Shown here piece after piece: positions 27,701 to 35,721 of a DNA stretch of 64,000 nt. The notes under the pieces were generated by a model. The model was not told where the DNA came from, searched no databases, and saw only the letters and a program-made list of their open reading frames with translations. Source of the stretch: a virus; IMG/VR virus record IMGVR_UViG_3300044712_000538, positions 11,940-75,939 of that record; one strand, 5' to 3'. The stretch's first letter is position 1, and each line of letters starts with the position of its first letter. The position numbers and the translations under genes are program-made.

Positions 27701-30700
27701 GATTTCTGGCGAGATCTTAAAGATACCTTTAACGCACACCTTCGGTACTTTATCGTTAATAATCAAACTCCGGTTACGGAATATCACCTTGATGAGAGTG
27801 GTGATGAAGTTCCTGTTGATATATTCCGTTCACCAGAGAAGTCAAATCCAGACTACAAGAAGATTCTTTTTAATGAATCGGAAAATTCGCAAGATTCATT
27901 TGATTTTGTCATGGCTACCTATTCTCAGTTTTCTGGAAAGAAAATGGCCGACAAAATAGGGTTCATGAAAGGGATGCTCAAAAGAGGATTCTTCATAATG
28001 GATGAATCACATTGGGCATCTGGAGATTCAAATACTGGAGAATTATTCAGGGAAATGACTTCAAGCGCCGATGCCGGGTTGTTCCTTTCTGCAACATTCG
28101 CAAAGAGGCCTGATAATATGCCGGTATATGCTACCAAAACGGCAATGAAGGATACTGGGCTTGATGATGAGGCTCTTGCTGACGCGATATTGTATGGCGG
28201 TCCGGCGCTGCAGGAGGCAGTTGCGGCGCAGCTTTCTGAAAGCGGAGAAATGATCAGGAGGGAGCGCGACTTTAAGGGTGTTGAGATAGATTATATCCCT
28301 CTTGACAAAGAAGGAGAATCTTGGGGGGTAAAAGACCAGAGCGAATACCATTGGGATGTTTCCAGGAGAATGTCTGAAATGATGATGGACATTATCCATT
28401 TTCAGAGGCATCACATTCGTCCGTATCTTGATGGTATCCGCGAGGCGGTTAAGGAATCTAATCCAGAAATGAGTATAACCAATACTCCGTTTGCCTCAAA
28501 GGTTTTCAATATCAATAAGCAAATGCTTCTTGCCCTAAAAGCTGACGCATCGGTTGACTTGGCTATTAAGGAATTGAAAGAGGGGAAAAAGCCTGTAATA
28601 TCCCTTTCTTACACAATGGAATCATTCCTGTCTGAGGAACTTGCCGTTGGTGATGTTGTCCCGAGGTTTGATTTTTCAAGTATCCTTATAAAGGGGCTTG
28701 AAGGAACTCTAAAAACAAGGACCCAAAATGGTTGGGGGAAGGTAACCACATCGAAAATAGATATTGCGTCGCTCCCTGAGGAGTCCCAGGCCGCATACTG
28801 GTCGCTCGTTAAAAAGATTAAGGACAATACCATTGACTTGAACGCATCGCCTATTGACCATATAACGCATCGTCTTGAAAAGGCTGGATATTCTGTTGGC
28901 GAACTTACTGGCCGGCAGACAAGGCTTGTTCCGGTTGAAGATGGAGGATGGGCAATGACGAAATTCAAAAAGAGGAACAAGATAGATCTGGTTAAGAAAT
29001 TCAACTCAGGGAAGATTGATGTAATTATCATGAATCGTTCCGTGGCTCAGGGTATTTCAATGCATGCGTCATCGAAGTTTTCGGACCAGCGGCAGAGGGT
29101 GATGATTATCACAGAGCCAGAACTTGACGTAAATGATGAGATCCAAAAGCGCGGTCGTATTGATCGGGTTGGACAGGTTGTAAGGGGGGCGTATAGGTAT
29201 CTTGTTTCATCAATCCCCGCCGAGCAGCGATTGATGATGATGTTCAAAAAGAAAGTAGCCAGCCTTGATGCAAACGCAAAGACAACGCAAACAAACAAGG
29301 CCAATGAAGTGAAGGTTGTTGACTTTTTGAATAAATACGGTGATCAGATTGTTGTTGATTACTTATTTGAGAATGCTGCACTTAATGATGAAATACTTGA
29401 TCCGCTAAAAATATCAGATCAGATCTTTTCTGGCGAACGCGATTACAAGCCTCAGTCCGGAGATGCCCATAAGGTAACAGGAAAGGTTGCGCTGCTTTCT
29501 CCAGAAAAGCAAAAGCAGTTTTACGATGACATTTCAAATCGGTACACCGATTTGATGAATAGCAAGCTTGCTACTGGAGAGTGGGATCTTGAATCAGAGG
29601 TAATGAAGCTGAACGCAGAAAAGATCTCTTCAAATATCCTTATTGAGGGAAACAACAATAGTCCTTTCTCGCGCGACGTTATTCTTGATGAATATGAAAT
29701 TGACGTTCCGCGCGTTCCGATAAAAAAGGAAGAGTTAATCAAAATGGTTAATGACGAAAAAGCCGGAAATGATGTTGCTGATTATACCGCTGAAATAATA
29801 GACAGGGTTGAGGAGTTTTATGAAAAAAGGAAAGAGGCCATAAAAGAAGATATTACAAAAAATCTACTTGAAAAAAGGATACTGATTGTTAATACGATAA
29901 GGGCAAAAATGACTGAGAAGAACGCCCCGGCCGAAGAGATTGAGCGTGCGGTAAAAGAGGCCGAGGAGAGAAATGATTATGAAAGGGAGGAGAAGATAAG
30001 GGCTGAGTTTGCGAAAGCTAATAGCTACAAGGACAGGCTTACTAGGTTTGCTAGGTTTTTCTACCCTGGAAGATCTGTCCGGTTCCCGGTAGGAGAAGGG
30101 AAGAACATGGTTACGCACCCTGCCGTTTTTGTTAAGATCTCGTTTTCGGAAAAAGGAATATCCGAAAGCGATAGCATATACAGGCTTTCTCCGTCTGGAG
30201 TAAAGTTCCATTTTGCCGTCGATAGCGAGATTGTAAGAGATCAGCGTCCGGCTACATCAAACGATTGGTTGTATGAAGCCATGATGAACTCTCAAATGGA
30301 CTTTGAGAATAACCTTGATAATTGGGGCAAGTTTTCTGGAGGCTTAAGGAGGAAGGCGAGCATCGTTTCTGGAAACCTTTTGAAGGGGTACGGAACTGTT
30401 AAGGTAGGGCGCGTTGTGAACTTTACTACGAGCGAAAATGATATTGCGAAAGGAATATTAATGCCGTTTGGCGCTACTGCTGGAGAAGGGTTTAAGGGTA
30501 AAAGAATTGTTCCAATATCAAAGGCCATATCTATCCTTTTGGGACAGAGGGGTGCGGTATCTCTTGGCAAAGATGGTTTTTCTCTTTCCTTTTATGGGAA
30601 AATAATGAGCATAATCGTTCCTAAGTCAAGGAAAGAGGGCGGCGTTATATTCACCAATAAGGAAATACTCGACATAACCGGACCGTTTTATCAGAATGGA

Positions 30701-33700
30701 GGAAGCATGATTCAAGAGGTAAACGGTGAATCTTCTGCAAAAAAGGTTGGAGAGGTTCTTACAAAATTGGGTTTTACCGCCGTAATTGATGAAAAACACC
30801 TTCCCAAGTCAGATGGCAATATAAGCAAGCTTGTTTCGGCTCCGGCTGGCCAGCAAGTAATCCCATCAAGGGTCCCGGAAGAGTATATTTCAAGTACGCC
30901 CATTTCTCTTGAAGACATGGGTATTGGCCCGAATGATACTGCAGGGGAGATTGTTGACAAAATGATTTCCTATGGCGGTCCGTTTACCGAGATCTTGAAG
31001 TTCATACGGGCTCTTCCTGGATTTAAAGACATAAGCATCCAGCAAGTTGAATCGCTTGACGCAAACCATCCAGTTAGGAAAGTAATTGGTGCGCTCGCAA
31101 GCGATGCATCCGGCGTTTACTTCAATATGAAGGACCGTCCGGACACAATCGTAACAGAAATAGCGGGGAAGCCTATACAGGGTATTGTGGCTATTAATCA
31201 GGGTAAAACCAATAACGCATACTATACCCTTACGCACGAATTGCTTCACTTTTTGACCATCGATGGCATCGACTCAAAAGATCCTGAGGTCAAAAAGAAG
31301 CTTAAAAAGCTGGAGGACATTTACCTGTTTATGAGGTCTAAGCGGGATCGCTGGCTGATGGATGCCATGGAATCCTCTTCTCAGCTTCCTGGCGGGGACA
31401 AAATGCCTGGAAAGAATGTTGAACTGGCTGGCGCGCAAAAGGAACTGGATGGAGCCCTGAGGGAACTGGAATCGGCCAAAAAGGCTTTTGATGCAAAGAG
31501 GAAGGAACTGGATAAAGGAATCGTTGCTGACCAGACAGATCTTTTTGGAAACCGGAAGAGCGATACCGGCAACTCTCTTTTTGATGAAAGGGCATCTCAA
31601 TCAGGCCGCGATGCTGCCATGAAGCCTTTCCGCGACCGGCTGAACAAAGCTGAATCGGAAGCCAACCGTCTTCGGAAAAAAGTCGAAGGTCTTTTGGCTT
31701 CTGGCGGCGTGAGCCAGGGCGATCTTTTCTCGGCATTCGGATTTGGTCTGCAGGAATCGTATGGCTTTACCAATTTTAGGGAATTTATGGTCGAATTGCT
31801 TATGAACCCGATGTTCCGGGCAAACATAAGCAACATAGCGGCACGGTCCGAAATGGAATTTGCGAATGCAATATGGGCTGGCGCAGATCCGGACAAGAGG
31901 TCTATTTTGGCAATGATTAAGGACTATATCCGGTCCCTGTTCAAATCCATTTTTGGAAAATCATCTGTAAACCTTAACTCCCCGCTGGTTGATCAGGCGG
32001 TTACGCTGGCTGAGGATATTTTCTTCTCCGGGGAAAGCATTGTTGACCGGGTGTACGATACCGAGGCGGGGAACTACTTTACCATATACAGTAACTACAA
32101 TTCTGGACGATCCAGCCGTGGACCAGCATCGAAAACACTTTCTTTCTTCCCCGGATCTGGTGGCCAGGATACCGATTTCATCCTCAAAAACTATATCGCT
32201 CGGAAGGTTGTCGAGGGCATATTGTCGGATGCTACCATTTTGAATGTAGTTCAACGGCAGGGGATGGACCCGGTACAGGCAAAACAGATCATTGATCAGT
32301 ACCGGAAGAATCCTCCCGGCAAAAAGGCAATGGCGAAGCTTTCTACGTTGGCCAGGGCTGAAAAAGTTGGCCCGGTAGAAGATGGCGAAAAGGAAAGGAA
32401 GCTGAATCGAATGATACCGGTATTTGATCCAAAGGGTATAGAAAGGATCAATGAGCATGCAACAAGGTATTTGCCGAAGTCAATGAAGGTAAGCATGGAA
32501 GAGGCAGACAAGTTTATTGTCAATATCCCGACCCAAGATCTGAAGGACTTTGCAACCAATGTTCATAGCGTCCTGAACACCCTTCCGATTGACGTTCAGA
32601 CTGCAATACGGATCGCGGCAATCCTGCGCATGCAGAGCGAGGTTACTTTGCTCCGGGCTCAGGGCGATCACGCCCAGGCTGATCGGGTTTCAGAAGATAG
32701 TGCCGAGATCTGGAATCACATGACCCCGCTTTCAACCGAATTGGGCCGGGCCGTGAATCTTTACAAGCGTCTTATCTCCGACCCGGCATTCTCTAAAATG
32801 TCCATCCAAAACAAGTTCAGGGCGTTTGTGGCTATGGCCGAAAAGGCTATTGGCCGGAAGCTTACAGATGGGGAGAAGAAAAAGTTGTTTGAAATGTTCC
32901 AAGCATGGGACGCGGCCCCGGACGGAATTGGAAAGCAAATTGCCATGGCCAAGATTATGGCCTACATCAATACGCTCCGGCCGATTAATTTGTGGGATCT
33001 GCTCACAAACATATGGTACTCAAAAATCCTTTCGGGACCGGCGACGCACTTTACTAACCTGTTCAGCAATATCTTCAACGGTCCGATGGAAATGTTTGTC
33101 CAGTCGTTGGCCATTGGGAAGAAATACAAGTCCAATCCTGGGAAAATTGCCTTTGATCTGACCAAGGCTTGGTTCTCCGGGATAAGAAAAGGGTATGTTG
33201 AATCGAGGCACATTATGATTTATGGCCCGACGAAAGAGGAATCCACCAAGCTATACCAGAATCACCTTATGGAGGAACTGGACTGGACGAAGGCGAATAT
33301 TCCGTCATTCTGGAAAAAAGTCCTGAACTCGCCAGTCCTCCTATCCTTTAATCCTAAGATCTTGAAGTATGTCGGCCGGATGCTGGCTGCAGAGGACGCT
33401 ATGCTCCAGAATGCCGGTGAGCATTCTTTTGCTGAGGTTCTGGCGTATCTGGAGGCCGCGAAGTCAAACAAGGGTGCCGACAAGAAGCTTTTGAAGCAAA
33501 TGGCTCAGGCCATGGTGGCCAGCGATTCCATTTCATATGCCAAGGCGCAGCAGCAGGCATTAGACGAGGCCGTTGCCGCGCTGGATATGCTCCGGGATAT
33601 GAGGTCCGAGGCTGAAATAGCTGGTAACATGGCTGAGGTAAAAGCTATTTCCAGGGAGATTGCCATGTGGGATCGCCAGGTTAAGGGGAAGCATAAAAAC

Positions 33701-35050
33701 ATTGCATTCCGGAAGCGGGTGTATGAGATACTGGAGGCCAAGGCTACCGAAACAGAAGAGGGTGCCCGCATTATGCATGACGCGGCCGCAAGGGCTTCAA
33801 AGGTTACATACAATTTCCCTCCAAAAGGATTGTTTACCAGAACGATGTACGATGTTCTAATCTATGCCAGCGAGAAAGTCCTTCCGTTCAAGTTCTTTGT
33901 TCCGTTTGTCCGGATTGTTTCCAATCTGGTTGACAATATGATCAATTACTCGCCTGCAGGATTTGTAACGCCGCTTATCTCTTATGCCAAGCCAAGCGCA
34001 AATACCACAAAGGATGAAAAGGGAGCAAGGCCTTTAACCGATGAAGAGCGTACGGAGGTAATGATTAAGGCGATGATCGGAACTATTACATGGGTATTCC
34101 TTTACAATCTGGCCGTCCCGGACGGGGACGATGACGAGCCGTGGTTTTCTATTACCGGTGCTGGTCCATCCGACCAGGCGAAGGTATATGAGGCCCAAGA
34201 AACCGGCTGGAGGCCATACTCTATCCAGACAAGGGATGGAGAAACCATATCCTACAAGGCTACTCCGTTTTTCGCCCTTCTTGCTTCCATTGGTGCCATA
34301 TCCGATGAAATGAAGTTTGGCAAAAAGGATATATCCGAGAAGGATATATGGGACAAAATGGCTATCTCGGCATCTGGATTCGTAAAGTCTATTTTTGATA
34401 ACTCTTGGATGCAGGGGCTTGATGAGTTGCTTAATTCTGCCAAAGCAGAAAACCGGTTTGGTAAGTTGGATTTCAACGTGGTTGACAAGGTTACAAAAAA
34501 AGGTGTTGATGTGGCTGGCGCTTTTGTTATGTCTAACCTGTCGAAGCAGATCGTAAGGATGCACGACCGGATTACCGAAACGCCAATGAAGAAAGCAGAA
34601 ACGCCATATGAGCGAATTATAACCAACATGCCGATTGTTCGGAATGTTCTTCCGCATGAGATAACCAATGTTTGGGGAGATCCTGTTGTGAACGAAACAT
34701 ATCTCGGGTTCCTTCCCCTGAGGGCCCAGGTAACAGAAAAGGATGACGTAATCTCCCTGCTGGTTAAAAACGGCGTTTGGATTGGCCGACCCAGGAACAA
34801 TAAGGAGATTTATGACGGTGATGTACTTCGCCCGCTGACCAACGATGAATATTACAGGTATTACGTTCTGGCATCACAAAAGCTGAAGTCCATGCTGAAT
34901 GACCGGGAAACTATTGAGTACATAACCGAAATGGACCGCGAGGGAAATTCGGACGCGATAAAGACATTCATTCAATCTCGCAAGCAGAATGCCAACCAGG
35001 AAGCATTTATGGAACTGTTTGGCAATAGCGGAATAAATTCAGAGTGGTAA
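21716..35050 (+). CDS. Giant polyvalent virion protein: N6-adenine MTase + Strawberry-notch-type SF2 helicase + zincin + internal-virion-protein-like C-terminus (DarB-like)
   Basis: QQYSTP/YLEPTAGNG/NPPFG (aa ~1586); GDQTGVGKGR (~1959), MDESH (~2096), LSAT, GISMHA, QKRGRIDRVGQ; THELLH (~3174); C-terminal PFVRI..N..GAGP..GWRPYSI. Confidence 0.85.
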   Translation: MPDWREQLLSDISKIKDRDAVLKKYPQLKGDKKMLQSLYSWNNAKASGIPPTDLDEMYPEVKSFLIQPDAAPAPQPGATVPPQKTVPVKPVQTVPAPAANTPKPFQQLEASIQKHATIAKAIPEKGWGEDLTKKILGGIYPNVGNTKSAQHREMMIAEADKALSEKKSLIEKTKPLIDEVAKWFSQDYQTAKKKYTVDGTDMGEIREDVVRAEARNWAKRYGGGSGVEEILFASALGAIQVEQVKPKYEAELKSLYKQKYGKDMPTEKEADLFQNAIVSAAKDQVNKQIEKSSQELKLKVSQTWDEQFRKQLDDSAKRFGSDSPEYKNQFAQSVAAIGKLEKQWRQKEIARIERIKSELEAGLKKKIESFNAEEQMRIGAISDEAYKKASQAYSEAKGEKKYREVAAASDFFGKSQLNIGFNRALTGRLLYGVASLGDYLASEGYQSAAIDWMRSMATTGGELDVPDLKLGFDRNLAMALATRTGGGIGSSAVPMGAAMLTMNPLAGALVSYKMETAMMEADIWKERMMAGDPEAKQKADKAGAQTAILLPLYVLEMDRLFAGMKKGGWVNKALNIYAPELAQEVPTEYWQQYLQAKSSGFKGDFADFVAEDKGNIALETAIATIGMSTVFASMGKSTEAVGRALGPKAKDQAIISLAQRTQMAPVDFVPTPSPYKGPDNDPAAPAAPAGTAQAVDPQAATPSVSPITMVNAALEQAWMNGEMSDEQLVDEKKHAEMILAKQDELAKLGLEPDMIRHYIGLQAEMVYLQNQMAAAKDPVLQAKFEKDIAAIQTQMAKVIDDKIEETIFSVTTPFGDTYTATEKELDEIMNNPLFGAPEDLVITPIKGRLTPDEQKVADALAGAKLPDGLSDMSVEKLVQKFAGSKDFNEQREAIKMYRDQLNDPLGPTPRKQMIAAFGQDLADQVAPLPFGEVDKKEVGEKQFKNVTERLKSREPESFEEEVLQGFLRDLRFSSEDFTRYAGFGGNSRLTGDKIGGREMRQYAMKRLRKKSEGGIPIDKYVLQLAEKWGIPQGQETDYINTVIDLILEHPGQASVISRLEALQSGAKTQEEYDAWLERKYGNAQAAKDALDAMDDDLTEDVNDVIEKIDQITDEEAESIADGAMNNFIDENGNIDLSAIKTFLASDEFNAMPEKVKSIIKEVTNGLDQAETDTQDDGNTDSSEEEDQDEEETPEELKDAYQTENYNDLVKAWESGNKIYAVSEQDEAPTPVTSWEMLNNYPLDALWIVDQQAESQSENVVAPKKETKAKVRQETKTKLADETKKALDDFLDAFDELGNLGFAYDPEEQAKKQFKLYTAGAKFVAAMAKQGIYQFKDMVLTLAEKMGEIPGELFQALKKAYAMAYADDETGLMEDPKTLRTLTLEDILAEKDDSNELSGIEAFKEAFHKNLFSLWADLSINPDANPRPSNIIDLRNMAVEANWTGENGLPATDNEIFEAVESVLIRFSREIVAMSKDNQKVMKNLMTLYKVQPTISMRDSDRVMLQQYSTPIPYAYAAGVWMKNQNKYLEPTAGNGLLTVALDPSKVDVNEIDKTRFDMLADQGFSSVSSRDALEGFSGKYDGIIANPPFGSTDKITTQDGYPISELAQRIVYESLKTLTTDGKASFVIGGHTEYDEKGIMKGRDRFFFNYLYDNFNVVDVINVAGDLYGKQGTTYPTRLILIDGRRNVEGSPRKETRHAPMKSVKGFETVGLQAPDDAVISSYPELLNRVLKPKDYGQQIDIPSGMDTDKGSGNNIPGNRPGGRNQGGSGGRNTSGTVSKPGKGVSQGGARPPVSGNLFAGSDVQKPSESKSGRAGNNGNAAVFEGQGNALPPGAGPRPAVRPEVGRTNLQGRNAPDAGGSFAGVRNVSIENLSSENVEYIPSSNMQFEVGTVIPPKMAVEVYRHQDMLIEMYGNLADFVQSELEYEPDEFAAAFSSEQVDALAMAIHKAKMGSAMIIGDQTGVGKGRIAAGMVRWAVINGYKPVFITAKADLFSDFWRDLKDTFNAHLRYFIVNNQTPVTEYHLDESGDEVPVDIFRSPEKSNPDYKKILFNESENSQDSFDFVMATYSQFSGKKMADKIGFMKGMLKRGFFIMDESHWASGDSNTGELFREMTSSADAGLFLSATFAKRPDNMPVYATKTAMKDTGLDDEALADAILYGGPALQEAVAAQLSESGEMIRRERDFKGVEIDYIPLDKEGESWGVKDQSEYHWDVSRRMSEMMMDIIHFQRHHIRPYLDGIREAVKESNPEMSITNTPFASKVFNINKQMLLALKADASVDLAIKELKEGKKPVISLSYTMESFLSEELAVGDVVPRFDFSSILIKGLEGTLKTRTQNGWGKVTTSKIDIASLPEESQAAYWSLVKKIKDNTIDLNASPIDHITHRLEKAGYSVGELTGRQTRLVPVEDGGWAMTKFKKRNKIDLVKKFNSGKIDVIIMNRSVAQGISMHASSKFSDQRQRVMIITEPELDVNDEIQKRGRIDRVGQVVRGAYRYLVSSIPAEQRLMMMFKKKVASLDANAKTTQTNKANEVKVVDFLNKYGDQIVVDYLFENAALNDEILDPLKISDQIFSGERDYKPQSGDAHKVTGKVALLSPEKQKQFYDDISNRYTDLMNSKLATGEWDLESEVMKLNAEKISSNILIEGNNNSPFSRDVILDEYEIDVPRVPIKKEELIKMVNDEKAGNDVADYTAEIIDRVEEFYEKRKEAIKEDITKNLLEKRILIVNTIRAKMTEKNAPAEEIERAVKEAEERNDYEREEKIRAEFAKANSYKDRLTRFARFFYPGRSVRFPVGEGKNMVTHPAVFVKISFSEKGISESDSIYRLSPSGVKFHFAVDSEIVRDQRPATSNDWLYEAMMNSQMDFENNLDNWGKFSGGLRRKASIVSGNLLKGYGTVKVGRVVNFTTSENDIAKGILMPFGATAGEGFKGKRIVPISKAISILLGQRGAVSLGKDGFSLSFYGKIMSIIVPKSRKEGGVIFTNKEILDITGPFYQNGGSMIQEVNGESSAKKVGEVLTKLGFTAVIDEKHLPKSDGNISKLVSAPAGQQVIPSRVPEEYISSTPISLEDMGIGPNDTAGEIVDKMISYGGPFTEILKFIRALPGFKDISIQQVESLDANHPVRKVIGALASDASGVYFNMKDRPDTIVTEIAGKPIQGIVAINQGKTNNAYYTLTHELLHFLTIDGIDSKDPEVKKKLKKLEDIYLFMRSKRDRWLMDAMESSSQLPGGDKMPGKNVELAGAQKELDGALRELESAKKAFDAKRKELDKGIVADQTDLFGNRKSDTGNSLFDERASQSGRDAAMKPFRDRLNKAESEANRLRKKVEGLLASGGVSQGDLFSAFGFGLQESYGFTNFREFMVELLMNPMFRANISNIAARSEMEFANAIWAGADPDKRSILAMIKDYIRSLFKSIFGKSSVNLNSPLVDQAVTLAEDIFFSGESIVDRVYDTEAGNYFTIYSNYNSGRSSRGPASKTLSFFPGSGGQDTDFILKNYIARKVVEGILSDATILNVVQRQGMDPVQAKQIIDQYRKNPPGKKAMAKLSTLARAEKVGPVEDGEKERKLNRMIPVFDPKGIERINEHATRYLPKSMKVSMEEADKFIVNIPTQDLKDFATNVHSVLNTLPIDVQTAIRIAAILRMQSEVTLLRAQGDHAQADRVSEDSAEIWNHMTPLSTELGRAVNLYKRLISDPAFSKMSIQNKFRAFVAMAEKAIGRKLTDGEKKKLFEMFQAWDAAPDGIGKQIAMAKIMAYINTLRPINLWDLLTNIWYSKILSGPATHFTNLFSNIFNGPMEMFVQSLAIGKKYKSNPGKIAFDLTKAWFSGIRKGYVESRHIMIYGPTKEESTKLYQNHLMEELDWTKANIPSFWKKVLNSPVLLSFNPKILKYVGRMLAAEDAMLQNAGEHSFAEVLAYLEAAKSNKGADKKLLKQMAQAMVASDSISYAKAQQQALDEAVAALDMLRDMRSEAEIAGNMAEVKAISREIAMWDRQVKGKHKNIAFRKRVYEILEAKATETEEGARIMHDAAARASKVTYNFPPKGLFTRTMYDVLIYASEKVLPFKFFVPFVRIVSNLVDNMINYSPAGFVTPLISYAKPSANTTKDEKGARPLTDEERTEVMIKAMIGTITWVFLYNLAVPDGDDDEPWFSITGAGPSDQAKVYEAQETGWRPYSIQTRDGETISYKATPFFALLASIGAISDEMKFGKKDISEKDIWDKMAISASGFVKSIFDNSWMQGLDELLNSAKAENRFGKLDFNVVDKVTKKGVDVAGAFVMSNLSKQIVRMHDRITETPMKKAETPYERIITNMPIVRNVLPHEITNVWGDPVVNETYLGFLPLRAQVTEKDDVISLLVKNGVWIGRPRNNKEIYDGDVLRPLTNDEYYRYYVLASQKLKSMLNDRETIEYITEMDREGNSDAIKTFIQSRKQNANQEAFMELFGNSGINSEW

Positions 35051-35721
35051 TGACAGGACACACACAACTATGCAGTATCGATCCATTTGCTCCAGACTTT
35101 GAAAAAAAGGAGTCGGTAAATGGATTGTGTTCGATGGCAATGTCCATCTGGTCTGGATGGGTTATTGATGTATCCGGGGAGGATGATGCCGATCCTGGGC
35201 CCAATTCGGAGATAATTACCAAGTATGGACACATGCCGGAAACGGTTTTTGACCTATTGAGGTGGGTTATACTGGTCTATGATCCGAGGTCCCCGCTGGT
35301 AAAGGACTATCCGGATCTTCCGACCAGAAAGTTCAGGGCCCTTGTAGCTATTGGTATTGACGAAAAGGAATCTGATTGGGACTGGCTGATCTTGAATCGG
35401 GACAAAGGGGTTACAACAATGATTACCGCATACATGCGGAATTATTGCAAAAGCCGATTGTGGGCAATGATTGTTGCCAATAACGAGGCTTTTTGGGAGT
35501 TCTTTTCTACGATGATCGAAAGGAATCAGGAAGGGGCCGATGACATGAATGGCGTAAACGCCAAGATTAAAACGTCCGACGGGATGGTTTCGCTTCTGGA
35601 GAAGATTGATAAGCAGATGAATGACTTTTATGGCGAGGATAAGGAAACCATAGCGGAAGGGGACGAAATGTTTATGAGCGTAGAAAAAATGGCCGATGTA
35701 CTATCCAATAGAAAACGGTAG
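35050..35721 (+). CDS. Hypothetical protein, candidate terminase small subunit
   Basis: TAATG-coupled start; YDPRSPL motif; directly upstream of the large terminase. Confidence 0.5.
   Translation: MTGHTQLCSIDPFAPDFEKKESVNGLCSMAMSIWSGWVIDVSGEDDADPGPNSEIITKYGHMPETVFDLLRWVILVYDPRSPLVKDYPDLPTRKFRALVAIGIDEKESDWDWLILNRDKGVTTMITAYMRNYCKSRLWAMIVANNEAFWEFFSTMIERNQEGADDMNGVNAKIKTSDGMVSLLEKIDKQMNDFYGEDKETIAEGDEMFMSVEKMADVLSNRKR

Noticed and set aside
21716-35050. Virion RNA polymerase (expected by crAss synteny)
   Set aside because: No catalytic DxDxD polymerase motif seen; MTase and helicase motifs occupy the core
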